Shown piece by piece: positions 17,957 to 27,488 of a stretch of DNA of 64,000 nt; positions within the stretch are counted from its first letter, which is position 1, and each line of letters opens with the position of its first letter. A program made the translations under genes and the position numbers. The notes beneath the pieces were generated by a model. It saw only the letters and a list, made by a program, of their open reading frames with translations, was not told where the DNA came from and ran no database searches. Where the stretch lies: the NCBI GenBank assembly GCA_937903605.1, contig CALCZC010000007.1, positions 37,982 through 101,981 on the forward strand, written 5' to 3'. Source of the stretch: an uncultured bacterium (GTDB lineage: Bacteria > Patescibacteriota > Patescibacteriia > Magasanikbacterales > GWA2-37-8).

Positions 17957-18331
17957 TTAATTATTTTTATAATTATATTTTTTCAAACCATTTATCAATT
18001 TACTCACAACTACTGTTTGATTGGCAAATAAACTAAATTTTTCCTGATTAATATATCCAATATCTTTAACTATTAATAATTGATTCTGCAATTCAGTTAA
18101 AGATCCTAAGGCCATGCTAAAAAAATTATTTTTATCCTTAGAGGTTGACCGACTGAAACCTTCAGCTATATTAGATGTAACAGAAACAACACAACGTCTC
18201 ATTTGACTTACTAAACCAAAGATTTCCTTATCCGGAAAATTTCCAGTTTCTTTATAAATTAATAATACTAATTTATGACCTTCTTTCCAAGCATTCAAAC
18301 CTGTAAACGATTTTATTTTCTTCCCCTCCAT
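17957..18331 (-). CDS. Four-helix-bundle protein (23S rRNA intervening-sequence protein family), second copy
   Basis: LVSQMRRCVVSVTSNIAEGFSRSTSKDKNNFFSMALGSLTELQNQLL matches the family core (IAEG...F...A.GS..E). Flanked by AT-rich inverted-repeat-like sequence. Confidence 0.8.
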   Translation of the reverse strand: MEGKKIKSFTGLNAWKEGHKLVLLIYKETGNFPDKEIFGLVSQMRRCVVSVTSNIAEGFSRSTSKDKNNFFSMALGSLTELQNQLLIVKDIGYINQEKFSLFANQTVVVSKLINGLKKYNYKNN

Positions 18332-18369
18332 ATTTAATACATAATACTTAATACATTATACATGCTACA

Positions 18370-19557
18370 TTATTTAATCTTTACAAAAAACCTACTTCCC
18401 TTTTGGACGATATCTCCTTTCTTAATTTCTGTTTTGATATCTTCTACTTTGATATCGTTTATTTTGACTCCACCTTGAGCGATATTTTGTCTGGCTTCAG
18501 AGGTGCTTTTACAAATTTTACTTTCAACAAGCACGGTAATAATATCATTTTTACTTGGGAGAAGTTCGGGAATATCTGTTGGAATTTCTTTTTTGGAAAA
18601 AGTGCTTATAAAATATTCTTGAGCTTTTTGCGCTTCTTCTTCACTATGATACATTTTTACCAAACTTTGTCCGAGCTTCATCTTGTAATCTCGCGGATTA
18701 GCGCCATTTTTCATTTCTTCTTTATATTTTTCTATTTCTTCCATCGAAGTATCAGTTGCCAATTCAAAATATTTCAAAATTAAAGAATCCGGAATTGACA
18801 TTATTTTACCAAACATCTCTTCCGATTTATCGGTCAAACCGATAAAATTTCCGTAAGTCTTACTCATCTTTTTTTCACCATCCAAACCTTCCAAAATCGG
18901 TACAGTTATAATATCCTGTTCCTCTTGATCGTATTTTTTTTGCAATTTTCTACCCATTAACAAATTAAATTTTTGGTCCGTACCGCCCAATTCTACATCG
19001 GCCTCCAGAGCCACGCTGTCATATCCTTGCAATAGAGGATACATTATTTCTTGCATGGCAATATCGTTTCCTTCCGCCAACCTTTTTTGGAAATCATCGC
19101 GTTCCAAAATTCTCGCCACGGTAATTTTTGAAGATAATTCCATAAATAAACGGGCGGAGTCAGGCTTTCCAAACCATTCGCTATTGTGTCTCAATTCAAT
19201 ATTATTAATATCGATAACTTTGGAAGCTTGCTGTACATAGGTTTCCATATTTTTTTTAACCTGCTCCGGAGTCAAAGGCGGACGTGTTTCATTGCGACCG
19301 CTAGGATCGCCGATCATCGCCGTATAATCGCCTATAAGCAAAATTACCTGGTGACCGGCTTTCTGAAACTGACGCAATTTTTGCAAAGGCACGGCATGGC
19401 CGATATGCAATTGCGAGCCGGTCGGATCAATACCAAACTTAATCCTTAATTTTTTCCCGGATTCTAATTTTTTTTTCAAACTTTCTTTTTCAATAGCCTC
19501 ACTCACTCCGCGAGTCAAAAGTTCGTTGATTGTTTGTTCATCAATTTTGATTTTCAT
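18370..19557 (-). CDS. tyrS: Tyrosine--tRNA ligase
   Basis: HIGH (GSQLHIGHAVP), KMSKS (KKMSKTYGN), C-terminal S4 domain. 395 aa. Confidence 0.9.
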   Translation of the reverse strand: MKIKIDEQTINELLTRGVSEAIEKESLKKKLESGKKLRIKFGIDPTGSQLHIGHAVPLQKLRQFQKAGHQVILLIGDYTAMIGDPSGRNETRPPLTPEQVKKNMETYVQQASKVIDINNIELRHNSEWFGKPDSARLFMELSSKITVARILERDDFQKRLAEGNDIAMQEIMYPLLQGYDSVALEADVELGGTDQKFNLLMGRKLQKKYDQEEQDIITVPILEGLDGEKKMSKTYGNFIGLTDKSEEMFGKIMSIPDSLILKYFELATDTSMEEIEKYKEEMKNGANPRDYKMKLGQSLVKMYHSEEEAQKAQEYFISTFSKKEIPTDIPELLPSKNDIITVLVESKICKSTSEARQNIAQGGVKINDIKVEDIKTEIKKGDIVQKGSRFFVKIK

Positions 19558-19672
19558 ACTTTATAATTATTAAATAATAAGCAGGGTATAAAGTATCAAG
19601 TATGGAAACTTAATCTTAAATCAAAAGACCAAACCTTCCATACTTAATACTAAATACTATATACTAAATACC

Positions 19673-22324
19673 TCACAATTTTTTTAATTGTCCTTTAAGT
19701 TTATTTAATTTCTCTTGTGCTTCAACAAGTTTAGACTTCTCTTTCTCCACCACTACCACTGGAGCGTGAGCCATAAAATCCTGGTTGGCAAGTTTTGTCT
19801 GTAAAGAAACAAAATATTTTTCCGTTTCTTCAATTTCTTTTTCCAATCTGACTTTTTCTTTTTCCAAATCAACACTCCCGAGCACATCCAAAAATATTTC
19901 TACTCCTCCTTGCACAAAACCGACATAATTTTTTGGTTTTTTGGCTATCTTTTTAATAATCAATTCTTCCAATCTCCCCAGTCCTTTGATGATTTCCGAG
20001 TTCTTAGATAATAATTTCTTTTGCTGCCCGGCAGAAATAACGGCTTTGATTTTTTTGGCCGGTTCTATTTTATTATCCGCACGGGTTGCTCGAATTCCGG
20101 TGATAATATCCTTGATATTGCTAAAACTTTCAGTATTTTCTTTAATTTTCATTTTTGGCCAAGATGCAACCATCAACATTTCATTTTCTCCATAAACCTC
20201 CTGCCAAATAGTTTCTGTCACATATGGCATAAACGGATGCCATAATTTCAAGATAGTATTTAAGATATAATTCAAAATTTCAGATTTATCACCCTCAATT
20301 TTGGCGATTTCCAAATACCAATCCGCAAGTTCTCCCCAGGTAAAATCTCGCAATATTTCTCCACTAAAAGAAAAGTTATATTTTTCCAAATTATCCGTAA
20401 CTTGTGCAACTATTTTGTTCAATTCACTCAAAATCCATTTGTCCGCTATTGTTTTACCTTTTGGTTGTTTGATATCTTTTTGAGATTGCGGAATATTGAG
20501 CAACATAAATCGCGAAATATTCCAAAGCTTGTTGGTAAAATTACGAAAACCGGCAATTTTTTCCTCGGATAATTTCAAATCATTTCCCGGAGTATTTCCG
20601 AGCAAGGTAGACAAACGCGTAGCATCTGTGCCATATTTTTCAATCATGTCTAGCGGATCAATAGAGTTACCGAGTGATTTACTCATCTTACGCCCTTGTT
20701 CATCTCTGACCATACCGTGCAGATAAACTTTTTCAAATGGAATATCTCCCAAGGCGTAGGTGGTCATGAGAATCATGCGCGCTACCCAAAAGAAAATAAT
20801 GTCATAGCCTGTTTCCAAAACACTGGTCGGATGGAAATTTTTGAAATCAGCGGTTTTTTCCGGATAGCCTAAGGTGGAAAAAGTCCAAAGTCCGGAACTA
20901 AACCAGGTGTCCAGAGTGTCAGGATCTTGTGTCCAGCCTTCTTCTTTTGGTGCTTCAATGCCGACTTTGATTTTCTTTCCTTTATACCAAACAGGGATCT
21001 GGTGTCCATACCAAATCTGACGAGAAATACACCAATCGTTTAAATTTTTGATCCAATTGAAATATACTTTTTCAAAACGGTCAGGAATAATCTCTATCTG
21101 TTTTTTTTCTACAACTTTAAGCATCAATTCTTTGAGAGTTACTTCACTTCCAGGTTCTATGCCTTTTATTTTTTTGCCTTTAAATTTGAATTTTTTGTTT
21201 ACCGCCACAAACCATTGATCCGATGGCAATGGTTCAATAGGTGTTTCACAGCGATAACAAACGGATAAATTATTGGGAATATCTTTTTCTTCAATCATCA
21301 AACCCTCGGCAATCAAATTCTCAACCACTTTTTTTCTGGCTTCTTTTACGGTCAAACCCGCATATTCTTTGCCGGCCTGCGCGGTCATCTTGCCGTCTTC
21401 GTCAATAATTTTGATTATCGGCAAATCATTTTTTATTGCCATGTCGTAATCAACTTTGCTATGCGCCGGGGTAACACCAAGCGCGCCGGTACCAAAAGTC
21501 ATATCAACTGACTCATCGGCGATAATTTTTATTTTTAAATCACTGCCTTTGGCAAAACTTTTTACTTCAAAAGTTTGACCGATATATTGTTTATATCTAA
21601 CATCTCCGGGATTAACTGCGATAGCCGTGTCGCCTAGCTTGGTTTCCGGACGGGTTGTGGAAATGGCAATCGGAAAAACGGAAGAATATTTGAAAGTATA
21701 AAATTTGGCGCTTTGTTCTTTGTATTCCACTTCATCATCAGCCAAAGTACTATGACATCTCGGACACCAGTTCACAATTCTATACCCGCGATAAATCAAA
21801 TCATCGTCATACATTTTTTTAAATATGGTTTTTACCGCCAAGTTTCTTTTACTATCCAGTGTGAACGCTTCTCTGCTCCAATCTAAACTCGCGCCCATTT
21901 TTTTACTTTGGGTATTTATCGTATCATGAGATTTTTGCGCAAAATCATTTACTTCCGCCAAAAATTTTTCTCTGCCCAACTCTATTTTCGGATCTTTGAT
22001 TCCTTTTTCCATCAAGATTTTTTCTACTTTGGTTTGAGTAGCAATAGCCGCATGATCGGTTCCGGGCAACCAAAGAGTTTTTTCACCTTTCATCCGGTGA
22101 TAGCGCGTGATAGTGTCTTCTATCGCCAACATGGAAGCATGGCCCATGTGCAAAATACCGGTTACATTTGGCGGGGGCAACACCATAGAAAACGGTTTGG
22201 CATTTTTCTTACAAACGCCTTTTTGTACGCAAACATCAGGATTGAATAGACCACTATCTTCCCATTTTTTATAAATATTATCTTCAAACTGTTTTGGCTC
22301 GTAGGCCTTGTATAGTTCATGCAT
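19673..22324 (-). CDS. valS: Valine--tRNA ligase (start moved to the internal Met MHELYKAY; ORF-track start is 22411)
   Basis: PPPNVTGILHMGHA (HIGH), KMSKSLGN, editing domain, C-terminal coiled coil. 884 aa from the chosen start. Confidence 0.9.
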   Translation of the reverse strand: MHELYKAYEPKQFEDNIYKKWEDSGLFNPDVCVQKGVCKKNAKPFSMVLPPPNVTGILHMGHASMLAIEDTITRYHRMKGEKTLWLPGTDHAAIATQTKVEKILMEKGIKDPKIELGREKFLAEVNDFAQKSHDTINTQSKKMGASLDWSREAFTLDSKRNLAVKTIFKKMYDDDLIYRGYRIVNWCPRCHSTLADDEVEYKEQSAKFYTFKYSSVFPIAISTTRPETKLGDTAIAVNPGDVRYKQYIGQTFEVKSFAKGSDLKIKIIADESVDMTFGTGALGVTPAHSKVDYDMAIKNDLPIIKIIDEDGKMTAQAGKEYAGLTVKEARKKVVENLIAEGLMIEEKDIPNNLSVCYRCETPIEPLPSDQWFVAVNKKFKFKGKKIKGIEPGSEVTLKELMLKVVEKKQIEIIPDRFEKVYFNWIKNLNDWCISRQIWYGHQIPVWYKGKKIKVGIEAPKEEGWTQDPDTLDTWFSSGLWTFSTLGYPEKTADFKNFHPTSVLETGYDIIFFWVARMILMTTYALGDIPFEKVYLHGMVRDEQGRKMSKSLGNSIDPLDMIEKYGTDATRLSTLLGNTPGNDLKLSEEKIAGFRNFTNKLWNISRFMLLNIPQSQKDIKQPKGKTIADKWILSELNKIVAQVTDNLEKYNFSFSGEILRDFTWGELADWYLEIAKIEGDKSEILNYILNTILKLWHPFMPYVTETIWQEVYGENEMLMVASWPKMKIKENTESFSNIKDIITGIRATRADNKIEPAKKIKAVISAGQQKKLLSKNSEIIKGLGRLEELIIKKIAKKPKNYVGFVQGGVEIFLDVLGSVDLEKEKVRLEKEIEETEKYFVSLQTKLANQDFMAHAPVVVVEKEKSKLVEAQEKLNKLKGQLKKL

Positions 22325-22556
22325 AAAATACGAAAAATACACAAAAGATTTCCGAGTTAATATCGGAATCTCTTTTTTTGTAATTTTACAGGAAAAAAAA
22401 GAAATTTGCAAGGCAAATTTCGACTTCGGACTATAGACTACAGACTGTAATTAGACTTCAGTCAATCAGACTACGGACTACATATAGACTGGAGTCTGAA
22501 GACCGTAAATTATTGACGTTTTTTATTTAATATTAGCCAAAAAACAGCTTAGACAC

Positions 22557-22585
22557 TTGACAAAATAGTCAAAATATGCTATCAT
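22557..22585 (+). promoter_or_regulatory. Near-consensus sigma-70-type promoter (TTGACA-17-TATCAT)
   Basis: TTGACA at 22557-22562, 17-nt spacer, TATCAT at 22580-22585. Sits inside a repeat-dense 620-bp intergenic region, about 440 nt upstream of the next ORF. Confidence 0.5.
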
Positions 22586-23029
22586 ATATTGTTTAGTGCC
22601 TGGATTTTCGCTAAAATATGTTTAGACTTCGGACTACGGTCTACGGACTTCTCGGTAAGCAGAAGACTGAAGACAGTAGACTGAAGACCAATATCGCTCT
22701 TTACAATAAATGTGTGTGTTTAACCGGACTTCAGACTACAGGCTACAGACTACAAAATCTGGAGGCTGAAGACTGAAGACCGAAGACTAGTGTTAATTGG
22801 ATGAAGAGAGAAAAGTATGAAATAAGCTAGTAAGCAATAAGCTTGTAAGTCTACCTATCGGTAGACAGGCTGATAAGCTAAGAAGTTGACGAGATACAAA
22901 GCCCATGAAATAAATTTTAAAGAGGGCTGTAGTCAGAAGACTGTAGACTGAAGACCGAATTTACTTTTTTCTTTCCATCCAATTAACATATATTTTAAGC
23001 ATTACAAACAACAATACAAGGAGCGTGTC

Positions 23030-23656
23030 ATGAAGAACACCAAGAAAAACGCCTTCGCTTCCGTTTTCATCTCGTGTATCATTTTTATTACCTTTATCAC
23101 TATCACTTCATGTGGCGGTGAAGAACCGAATCTGCCTGACGACGATCAGGACAATGACGAAATCGCTGTTACCGACGATGAGCCGGTTGACAACGAACAG
23201 CCTGATGATGTAGTGGACGAAGAACCGGTTGACGATGATCAGCAGATTGATTGGTGTGGCCGTCTGGACCAGAACTATCGTCTCAGTGGTGAACCGATTT
23301 GGGAAGACCCGGAATTTCATTATGAATATCCGGTTACAATGACCAACAAAAAAGAGGGCTGTAATGTTATTTCGATGAACGAAGAACACGGCCCCTACAT
23401 TGAGTTCACTACTCAAGCTGAAAGTCTTCCGCTGGAAGGTCCTGACACCGCATATAATAACGGTTGTATCTGGTTCCTTTTCAAGCACGATCCGACTCCT
23501 TTTGGAAAAGATCAAGGACTCCTTTGGAGAAGGATTTGTCCAAAAGAACTTTTTGACAAATGGGAAGTTGAATGCCGAGAATTATCGGAAGATATTCCGG
23601 TAAAATACAAAGACGGAAATTGGTGCGCTGACTGGTGGATGGATGTCTACCGATAA
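23030..23656 (+). CDS. Acidic lipoprotein, paralog A (signal peptide + lipobox Cys, D/E-rich linker, Cys-containing C-terminal domain)
   Basis: MKNTKKNAFASVFISCIIFITFITITSCGGEEPNLPDDDQDNDEIAVTDDEPVDNEQPDDVVDEEPVDDD. Signal peptide with lipobox-like TSCGG. The N-terminal 70 aa are paralogous to the 25354 and 27619 genes. RBS AAGGAG. Confidence 0.6.
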   Translation: MKNTKKNAFASVFISCIIFITFITITSCGGEEPNLPDDDQDNDEIAVTDDEPVDNEQPDDVVDEEPVDDDQQIDWCGRLDQNYRLSGEPIWEDPEFHYEYPVTMTNKKEGCNVISMNEEHGPYIEFTTQAESLPLEGPDTAYNNGCIWFLFKHDPTPFGKDQGLLWRRICPKELFDKWEVECRELSEDIPVKYKDGNWCADWWMDVYR

Positions 23657-23671
23657 GCGTCCAAAAATTCA

Positions 23672-23708
23672 AAGAGCCAAGGCTTTCTGCCGAGGCTCTT
23701 TTTTTATT
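23672..23708 (+). terminator. Rho-independent terminator after lipoprotein A
   Basis: AGAGCCAAGGC...GAGGCTCT hairpin + TTTTTTT. Confidence 0.55.
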
Positions 23709-23761
23709 TATCCTGTGAAATTCTAAATATTTTAATATTGTAATATTTTAATATTTTATTT

Positions 23762-23931
23762 CTATTCAACTATCACACTCCCATTATATAGCACCCAGGC
23801 TTTATTTTGAGTTTGAACACAATCGTTTTGATTTACGGAAATTTCAGCATAACACCCGTTCCCCGTATAATTAGGATTCATACCTGTATCACACCTTCCA
23901 CTACACCACCCCCAATTATCCAACACCTGAA
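23762..23931 (-). pseudogene. Orphan start-less copy of the Cys-rich C-terminal module (QVLDNWGWCSGRC...NGSVIVE) found at the C-terminus of the giant protein
   Basis: 217 bp (23715-23931) are identical except for one synonymous base to 25980-26196. Reading frame gives QVLDNWGWCSGRCDTGMNPNYTGNGCYAEISVNQNDCVQTQNKAWVLYNGSVIVE* but is preceded by an in-frame TAA directly after the ATPase stop. No start or signal peptide. Confidence 0.5.
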
Positions 23932-23935
23932 AATT

Positions 23936-25141
23936 TTATATCTGCCAAGGATAAAATAAATTATTTTTATCAATCTGTTTTTCTTTATCCAAAACAACAT
24001 AATTTAAAGCGATTTGAGGATAGTTTTCCAAAAATAATTTATATTTTTCATCATTATAATTACTACTTTTTGTTTTAACTTCAAAAGCTTGTTTTTCTTC
24101 AACAATAAAGTCTACTTCTTTTTTGTCGCGTGTCCGCCAAAATTTCAAATCTTCAGTGTCATACTTATTTAACAATTGACGAAAAGCCCCATTTTCAAGT
24201 AGTTGTCCCTTATCATCACGTTCATAAAAATTATCGAAATTATTTTTGAAGAAATTACGCATACCAGAATCACCAAAATAACATTTGGGCATTTTGATTA
24301 GTTCTTTGCGTATATTTTTATAAAACGGTCGCATTAAAAAAATATGAAAACTTTTTTGCATAACCTTCAAGTATTTATCAATCGTTATTTTGGTAACTCC
24401 AAGAGTCGCAGAAAGCTCGGAAATATTTACCAGCTCCCCTACTTGCCCGCTCAATATTTTCATCAATCGGAAAAAAGTTTCCTCTTGATTTATGTCGGCT
24501 TCGTAAATATCTTTTTTGATATACGAATACGCCAAATCTTTCAAAACCTCTTGTTTCTCCGGAATACTTTTGGCCAATACTACCCGCGGATAACCCCCAT
24601 AAGTTAGATATTCCAAATATAGCGGCATTATTTTTTCTTGAAGTTGTAACGGTAATTCTTTTGATATATCTGTTTTAGACAAATCATCCTCACCTTTAAA
24701 TTTCAAAAACTCTTCAAAAGACAGAGTTAATAAATACAAAATTTTCTTTCTGCCGGCCAATGAATCTTTGAATTTTTTATCCAAATAAAAAGCAGAGGAA
24801 CCGGAAGCGATGATTTTTATTTTCCCTTTATATTCATCATAAAAATATTTCAAAAAATTAGAGGGGTCTTTTAAATATTGAATCTCATCAACAAAAAGAT
24901 AGTTCCTTTTTTCTTTATCAAAAGGAATAATATTAAATAAATTTTTCGGAGAATCATTTAAAAGACGCAAAAAATCAGGATCTTCTAAATTTAAAAAATG
25001 GCATGTATTTCCATTTTGTTTTAAATATTCAAGAGCTTGGCGCATACTGGTAGTTTTGCCAACTTGCCTGGGTCCTATGATCAACACAACTTCGTCGTTT
25101 GATAAATTTTCTTTTATATTAGCCAAAATTTTTCTTTCCAT
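23936..25141 (-). CDS. AAA+ ATPase of the AAA_14/DUF4143 family
   Basis: Walker A LIIGPRQVGKTT, Walker B YLFVDEIQ, C-terminal DUF4143-like region (YFGDSGMRN, WRTRDKKEVDFIVE). Confidence 0.75.
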   Translation of the reverse strand: MERKILANIKENLSNDEVVLIIGPRQVGKTTSMRQALEYLKQNGNTCHFLNLEDPDFLRLLNDSPKNLFNIIPFDKEKRNYLFVDEIQYLKDPSNFLKYFYDEYKGKIKIIASGSSAFYLDKKFKDSLAGRKKILYLLTLSFEEFLKFKGEDDLSKTDISKELPLQLQEKIMPLYLEYLTYGGYPRVVLAKSIPEKQEVLKDLAYSYIKKDIYEADINQEETFFRLMKILSGQVGELVNISELSATLGVTKITIDKYLKVMQKSFHIFLMRPFYKNIRKELIKMPKCYFGDSGMRNFFKNNFDNFYERDDKGQLLENGAFRQLLNKYDTEDLKFWRTRDKKEVDFIVEEKQAFEVKTKSSNYNDEKYKLFLENYPQIALNYVVLDKEKQIDKNNLFYPWQI

Positions 25142-25223
25142 ATAGTTATTTTAGATAATTTATATACTACAATATATAATATATCAGACTATTTATATTT
25201 TGTCAATATAAAAAAGATATTTT

Positions 25224-25370
25224 TCTCTTGACAATCCCTCTGTTTTATGTCAATATACGTTGTTTAGTCTCAATATCTGCGCTAAAATAAAAAATATAAA
25301 TAGCTCTTTAATAATTTTTTAATGTGTTATAAACTTTTTGCAAGGAGAGTGTCATGAAAAAGAACGCTTT
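25224..25370 (+). repeat. About 147-bp promoter/leader repeat (copy 1), identical to 27489-27635
   Basis: TCTCTTGACAATCCCTCTGTTTTATGTCAATATACGTTG...TTTTTGCAAGGAGAGTGTCATGAAAAAGAAC is shared verbatim upstream of lipoprotein genes B and C and includes a TTGACA box. Confidence 0.7.
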
Positions 25371-25851
25371 CACGGTCACGGTTGTGGCCATCGCCTTTGC
25401 CTTCATTTTCATCGCCTGTGGCGGTGAGGAACCGGAACATCCGGATGACGATCAGAACAATGACGAGATTGCTGTTACCGACGATGAGCCGGACAACGAA
25501 CAGCCCGATGATGTTATCGATGAAGAAAATCCTGATGAAGATCAAGTAGTTATCGCAAATTGCGAAAAATTACTTGACATTGTCGGAGATTGGACTAGTA
25601 TCAATATTGAAGGGTATGATATTACGGTAACAGTCACACCCAAAGAAAAAAATTGTGAAGTAGCAGTGGAATGGACCAAAGGATATTCCGGAGTACAAAA
25701 ATGGTATGGATTAGAGCTCCCCCTGACTTATTGGGAAGAGGAAGCTTATAGAAACTACACCCTGAAAAAAACCGGAGAAAATCTGGTTCGAGAAGATACT
25801 CTTAAAACTGGAGGATTTGATAATGAGTGGGTCTTCAAAAAAATTCAGTAA
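25354..25851 (+). CDS. Acidic lipoprotein, paralog B
   Basis: MKKNAFTVTVVAIAFAFIFIACGGEEPEHPDDDQNNDEIAVTDDEPDNEQPDDVIDEENPDEDQ. Lipobox FIACGG. C-terminal ~90-aa domain with 2 Cys, similar to paralog C. Confidence 0.6.
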   Translation: MKKNAFTVTVVAIAFAFIFIACGGEEPEHPDDDQNNDEIAVTDDEPDNEQPDDVIDEENPDEDQVVIANCEKLLDIVGDWTSINIEGYDITVTVTPKEKNCEVAVEWTKGYSGVQKWYGLELPLTYWEEEAYRNYTLKKTGENLVREDTLKTGGFDNEWVFKKIQ

Positions 25852-25918
25852 TTCGGATACAGGAGTCCGAATTCTGAATTTAGAGGGTAGGAAAAAAAAC
25901 ACACCCTCAAAACTTCAA

Positions 25919-25946
25919 AGCCCAGGCATTGCCTGGGCTCTTTTTT
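25919..25946 (+). terminator. Rho-independent terminator after lipoprotein B
   Basis: AGCCCAGGC ATT GCCTGGGCT + TTTTTT. Confidence 0.6.
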
Positions 25947-26026
25947 ATCCAATTTTTCTTTTCTTAATATCTTCACCCCGTGAAATTCTAAATATTTTAA
26001 TATTGTAATATTTTAATATTTTATTT

Positions 26027-26263
26027 CTATTCTACTATCACACTCCCATTATATAGCACCCAGGCTTTATTTTGAGTTTGAACACAATCGTTTTGATTTA
26101 CGGAAATTTCAGCATAACACCCGTTCCCCGTATAATTAGGATTCATACCTGTATCACACCTTCCACTACACCACCCCCAATTATCCAACACCTGAACTCG
26201 CGGGAATCTGGCGTTAATAGGACCTGAATAATAAATACTTAAATAAAATATAATATTCTTCAC
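26027..26263 (-). CDS. Orphan Cys-rich C-terminal module ORF (78 aa, no signal peptide), paralogous to the giant-protein C-terminus
   Basis: MKNIIFYLSIYYSGPINARFPRVQVLDNWGWCSGRCDTGMNPNYTGNGCYAEISVNQNDCVQTQNKAWVLYNGSVIVE. The 3' 217 bp is identical to 23715-23931. Lies directly downstream of the ATPase gene. Confidence 0.45.
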   Translation of the reverse strand: MKNIIFYLSIYYSGPINARFPRVQVLDNWGWCSGRCDTGMNPNYTGNGCYAEISVNQNDCVQTQNKAWVLYNGSVIVE

Positions 26264-26271
26264 TACAAACT

Positions 26272-27396
26272 TTAAACCAAAAACTCTAAATAATTTTCTC
26301 TATTGATCACTTTGTATTCACTCTCTGAATATGTTTTTTTCCAGTCTTTTGGTGCGTCTTTTTTAAAATTTTGCGACCATTTTATTTCAAAGGCTCGAAG
26401 CTGTCCGTCTTTATCCTCAATCAAATCTATTTCTTGTCCGGCATATGTTCGCCAAAAATAAAGATTACCATAACTTTCTTTATATTCATCTTTTTTTATT
26501 TTTTCCATTACTACAAAATTTTCAAATAATCTTCCGACATCATCTCTATCATTTAAATCATTAAATTGTGAAATTACTGCATTTCTGATACCGTTGTCTA
26601 AAAAATAATATTTAGCTTTAGTCGTAATTTCTTGGCGTAAATTGCGAGAAAAACCACCCATCCTTTTTATTACAAAACCTTTTTCCAAAATATCCAGATA
26701 TTTAGCCACCGTTTTTACATCCATTTTTATCTGCGTTGCCAATTCACTCAAAGAAACCTCATTACCAACTTGAAAAGCCAATAACTTTAACAAATTTAAA
26801 AGCTGAAAAGAGCCACGAATTTTTTCAATATTCAAAACATCTTTTAATAAATAAGAAGATACCAATTCATTGAGTATCGCAATCTTTTCTTTTTTTGTTT
26901 TTGCTAAAAATACTTCTGGATAAGAGCCAAAAATCAAAAACTCTGTAAGCTTTTCTTGTAACTCTTGTTTATTATAAACATTCAATAACTCAATTTGAGA
27001 AAAAGGATATAAAATCAAAGTTTTCTTTCTTCCGGTAAGTGGTTCCCCTATTTTTTGTTCTAAATCAAAAGAAGACGACCCTGTAACCACCACATAAATC
27101 CCTGGAATTTGGTCAACTAAAATTTTCAACGCCATACCAATGTTTGGAATATTTTGTGCTTCGTCTATGGTAATCAATTCATACCCCTCTGCATAGGCTA
27201 AAATTTTGGAAAAATCTTGAGAAGCCAGTATTTCTTGGGTTTTGATATTATCCCCAGAATCAATTTTATATTTTAATTCAGTTTTAGCCAAAAAATCGTT
27301 TAAAAGAGTTGTTTTCCCTACTCTTCTAGGCCCATAAACAACTAAAACTTTGTTTTTTTGTTTAATATTAGCCAAATTATAATATCTTGGTAACAT
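26272..27396 (-). CDS. AAA+ ATPase of the AAA_14/DUF4143 family (divergent paralog of 23936-25141)
   Basis: Walker A VVYGPRRVGKTT, Walker B LITIDEAQ, C-terminal DUF4143-like region (YFLDNGIRN, WRTYAGQEIDLIE). Confidence 0.75.
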   Translation of the reverse strand: MLPRYYNLANIKQKNKVLVVYGPRRVGKTTLLNDFLAKTELKYKIDSGDNIKTQEILASQDFSKILAYAEGYELITIDEAQNIPNIGMALKILVDQIPGIYVVVTGSSSFDLEQKIGEPLTGRKKTLILYPFSQIELLNVYNKQELQEKLTEFLIFGSYPEVFLAKTKKEKIAILNELVSSYLLKDVLNIEKIRGSFQLLNLLKLLAFQVGNEVSLSELATQIKMDVKTVAKYLDILEKGFVIKRMGGFSRNLRQEITTKAKYYFLDNGIRNAVISQFNDLNDRDDVGRLFENFVVMEKIKKDEYKESYGNLYFWRTYAGQEIDLIEDKDGQLRAFEIKWSQNFKKDAPKDWKKTYSESEYKVINRENYLEFLV

Positions 27397-27488
27397 ATAT
27401 AATCATTACTTTTTAATTAAATATAAGGATTTCTATTCCTTATATTTATTATAAAATAAAGGAATAGAAATGTCAAGAGAGAAAAATG

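Noticed and set aside
22412-23029. CRISPR array
   Set aside because: The repeats are 8-20 nt, irregularly spaced and degenerate, and occur on both strands. There are no uniform 25-40-nt repeats with unique spacers and no cas genes.
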